Positions 62,690 through 64,000 of a DNA stretch of 64,000 nt are shown one piece after another (within the stretch, counting starts at the first letter, position 1; each line of letters starts with the position of its first letter). The DNA is from Takakia lepidozioides (Eukaryota; Plantae; Bryophyta), in contig CM060733.1 of NCBI GenBank assembly GCA_030704615.1, positions 35,774,001 to 35,838,000 of the forward strand. The letters are read 5' to 3'. A program made the position numbers and the translations under genes. The notes under the pieces were generated by a model. It was given only the letters and a program-made list of their open reading frames with translations, searched no databases and had not been told where the DNA came from.

Positions 62690-64000
62690 GCGAGGTACTA
62701 CCAGCTCCGTAAAGATATCAATCAGCTTGTTAGGTCTCAGAAGAAATTATACTGGGACAAGTTATACAGTGAAATAAACTCAAACCACCATGGTGGTAAT
62801 GACAAGAATTCTGGTTGGCCCTTCAACATTTATACAAGCCGAAAAACGGTCAGCAAGTACAAGCGCTGAAGACTACTAAAGGTGCAGTGGTGACTTCATC
62901 GGTTGACATTGTCAAAACCTTTGAAACTCACTACAGTATCCTTGGCAGAACTTCTAGGTTTAACAGTGAGGGGTCTTCTGCTGAATGGAGGGACACAGTT
63001 GGAAAAACTGTTCCTATGATTCAAAACAGCCCTGATGAACTAGAGTATATTTCAATGGCTTATAACGCTGCCATTAGTTCTTCTGAGATTGTGGAAGCAA
63101 TTGAACATTTAATATAAAGCTGGTGGACCTGATGGTATTGTCAACGAGCTTATCAAGCACAGCGATCCCATGATAGGCCCTAGTTCTCCTCTTTAACCTT
63201 ATCTGGAAGACTGAAATGATCCCTTTCGCTGGCGACAGGGGGTCATTGTCAATCTATACAAGAAGGGTGACAGAGAAGAACCGGGGAACTACCGTGGCAT
63301 CACGCTCCTCAATGCTGTTGGCAAGACATTCTGCAGAGTTATAAGTACTCGTCTCGAGGTTGATCTAGAGTCTAGAGGTTGTTTCCACGAAGGCCAAGCT
63401 GGCTTTCGGCGAAACAGGGGCTGTGTGGATCATATCCAGGGAAGGAATAAAGAAGGGAAACCCACTTAAGTTTTTTTCCTGGATGTCAAAAAGGCTTATG
63501 ACACAGTGTGGAGAGATGGCCTATGGTTCTGCCTCTGGTCTTGTGGGATCAAGGGAAAGATGTGGAGGGTTGTCCACAACTTGTATGCACCAAAAGCTGT
63601 GTCACTGTTAACGGACAGAAGTCCAACTTCTTTGACATAGACCAAGGTGTAGCTCAAGGATGTACTCTCTCCCCTCTGCTCTTCAATGTTTTCATCAATC
63701 AACTCCTCGAGGATGCGGAAAGTGAGGGATTTGGGTTAAGGGTGGGTGATACCACCATACCAGCCCTTATGTTTGCAGATGACTTCGCAGGCATAGGGGA
63801 GACTCCAACCAATCTCCAGGAGTTGATTGATTGCGCGAAGAGATACTTTAATCTTTGGGGGCTAGAGGCTAATGTCAGCAAATGTGCAGTGGTGGCATTC
63901 AACGACAGAGGAGATGTAGGAAGTGATCTTAAGTGGCAGTGGGGTAGCCAAGAGATCCCGGTCCTCCCTTCCTACACTTACCTGGGCGTTGAGTTTTCCT
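62690..64000 (+). mobile_element. LINE reverse-transcriptase region (degenerate, runs off the window)
   Basis: KAGGPDGI, YKKGDREEPGNYRGITLL, QAGFR, FLDVKKAYDTV, GVAQGCTLSPLLF, FADD and YTYLG motifs. Confidence 0.9.

Overview
Eukaryotic, intron-rich land-plant nuclear DNA, probably from a non-seed plant (inferred from the CHASE-kinase type and the PDF-motif PPR gene). 1-20 kb: decayed genes and repeats, including a Mutator-like transposase remnant, a UGT pseudogene, OSB/PDF-motif and PPR pseudogenes, orphan hydrolase and DXS exons, tRNA-derived SINEs and an L1 remnant. 20.2-37.7 kb: the main feature, a ~17.5 kb DNA transposon. It has TTAA|CCCT...AGGG|TTAA (piggyBac-style) ends but encodes a Mutator-type DDE/SWIM transposase and a separate Zn-finger/Ulp1-protease gene. 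It is saturated with a telomere-like GGGTTACA/TGTAACCC motif, present in three kb-scale arrays, most introns and one exon. 40.7-64 kb: a 15-exon CHASE-domain hybrid histidine kinase gene and a damaged tail-to-tail inverted copy. Their introns hold many LINE fragments and a tRNA-bearing solo LTR. Coordinates and splice sites were read by eye, and family assignments come from recalled motifs, not database searches.
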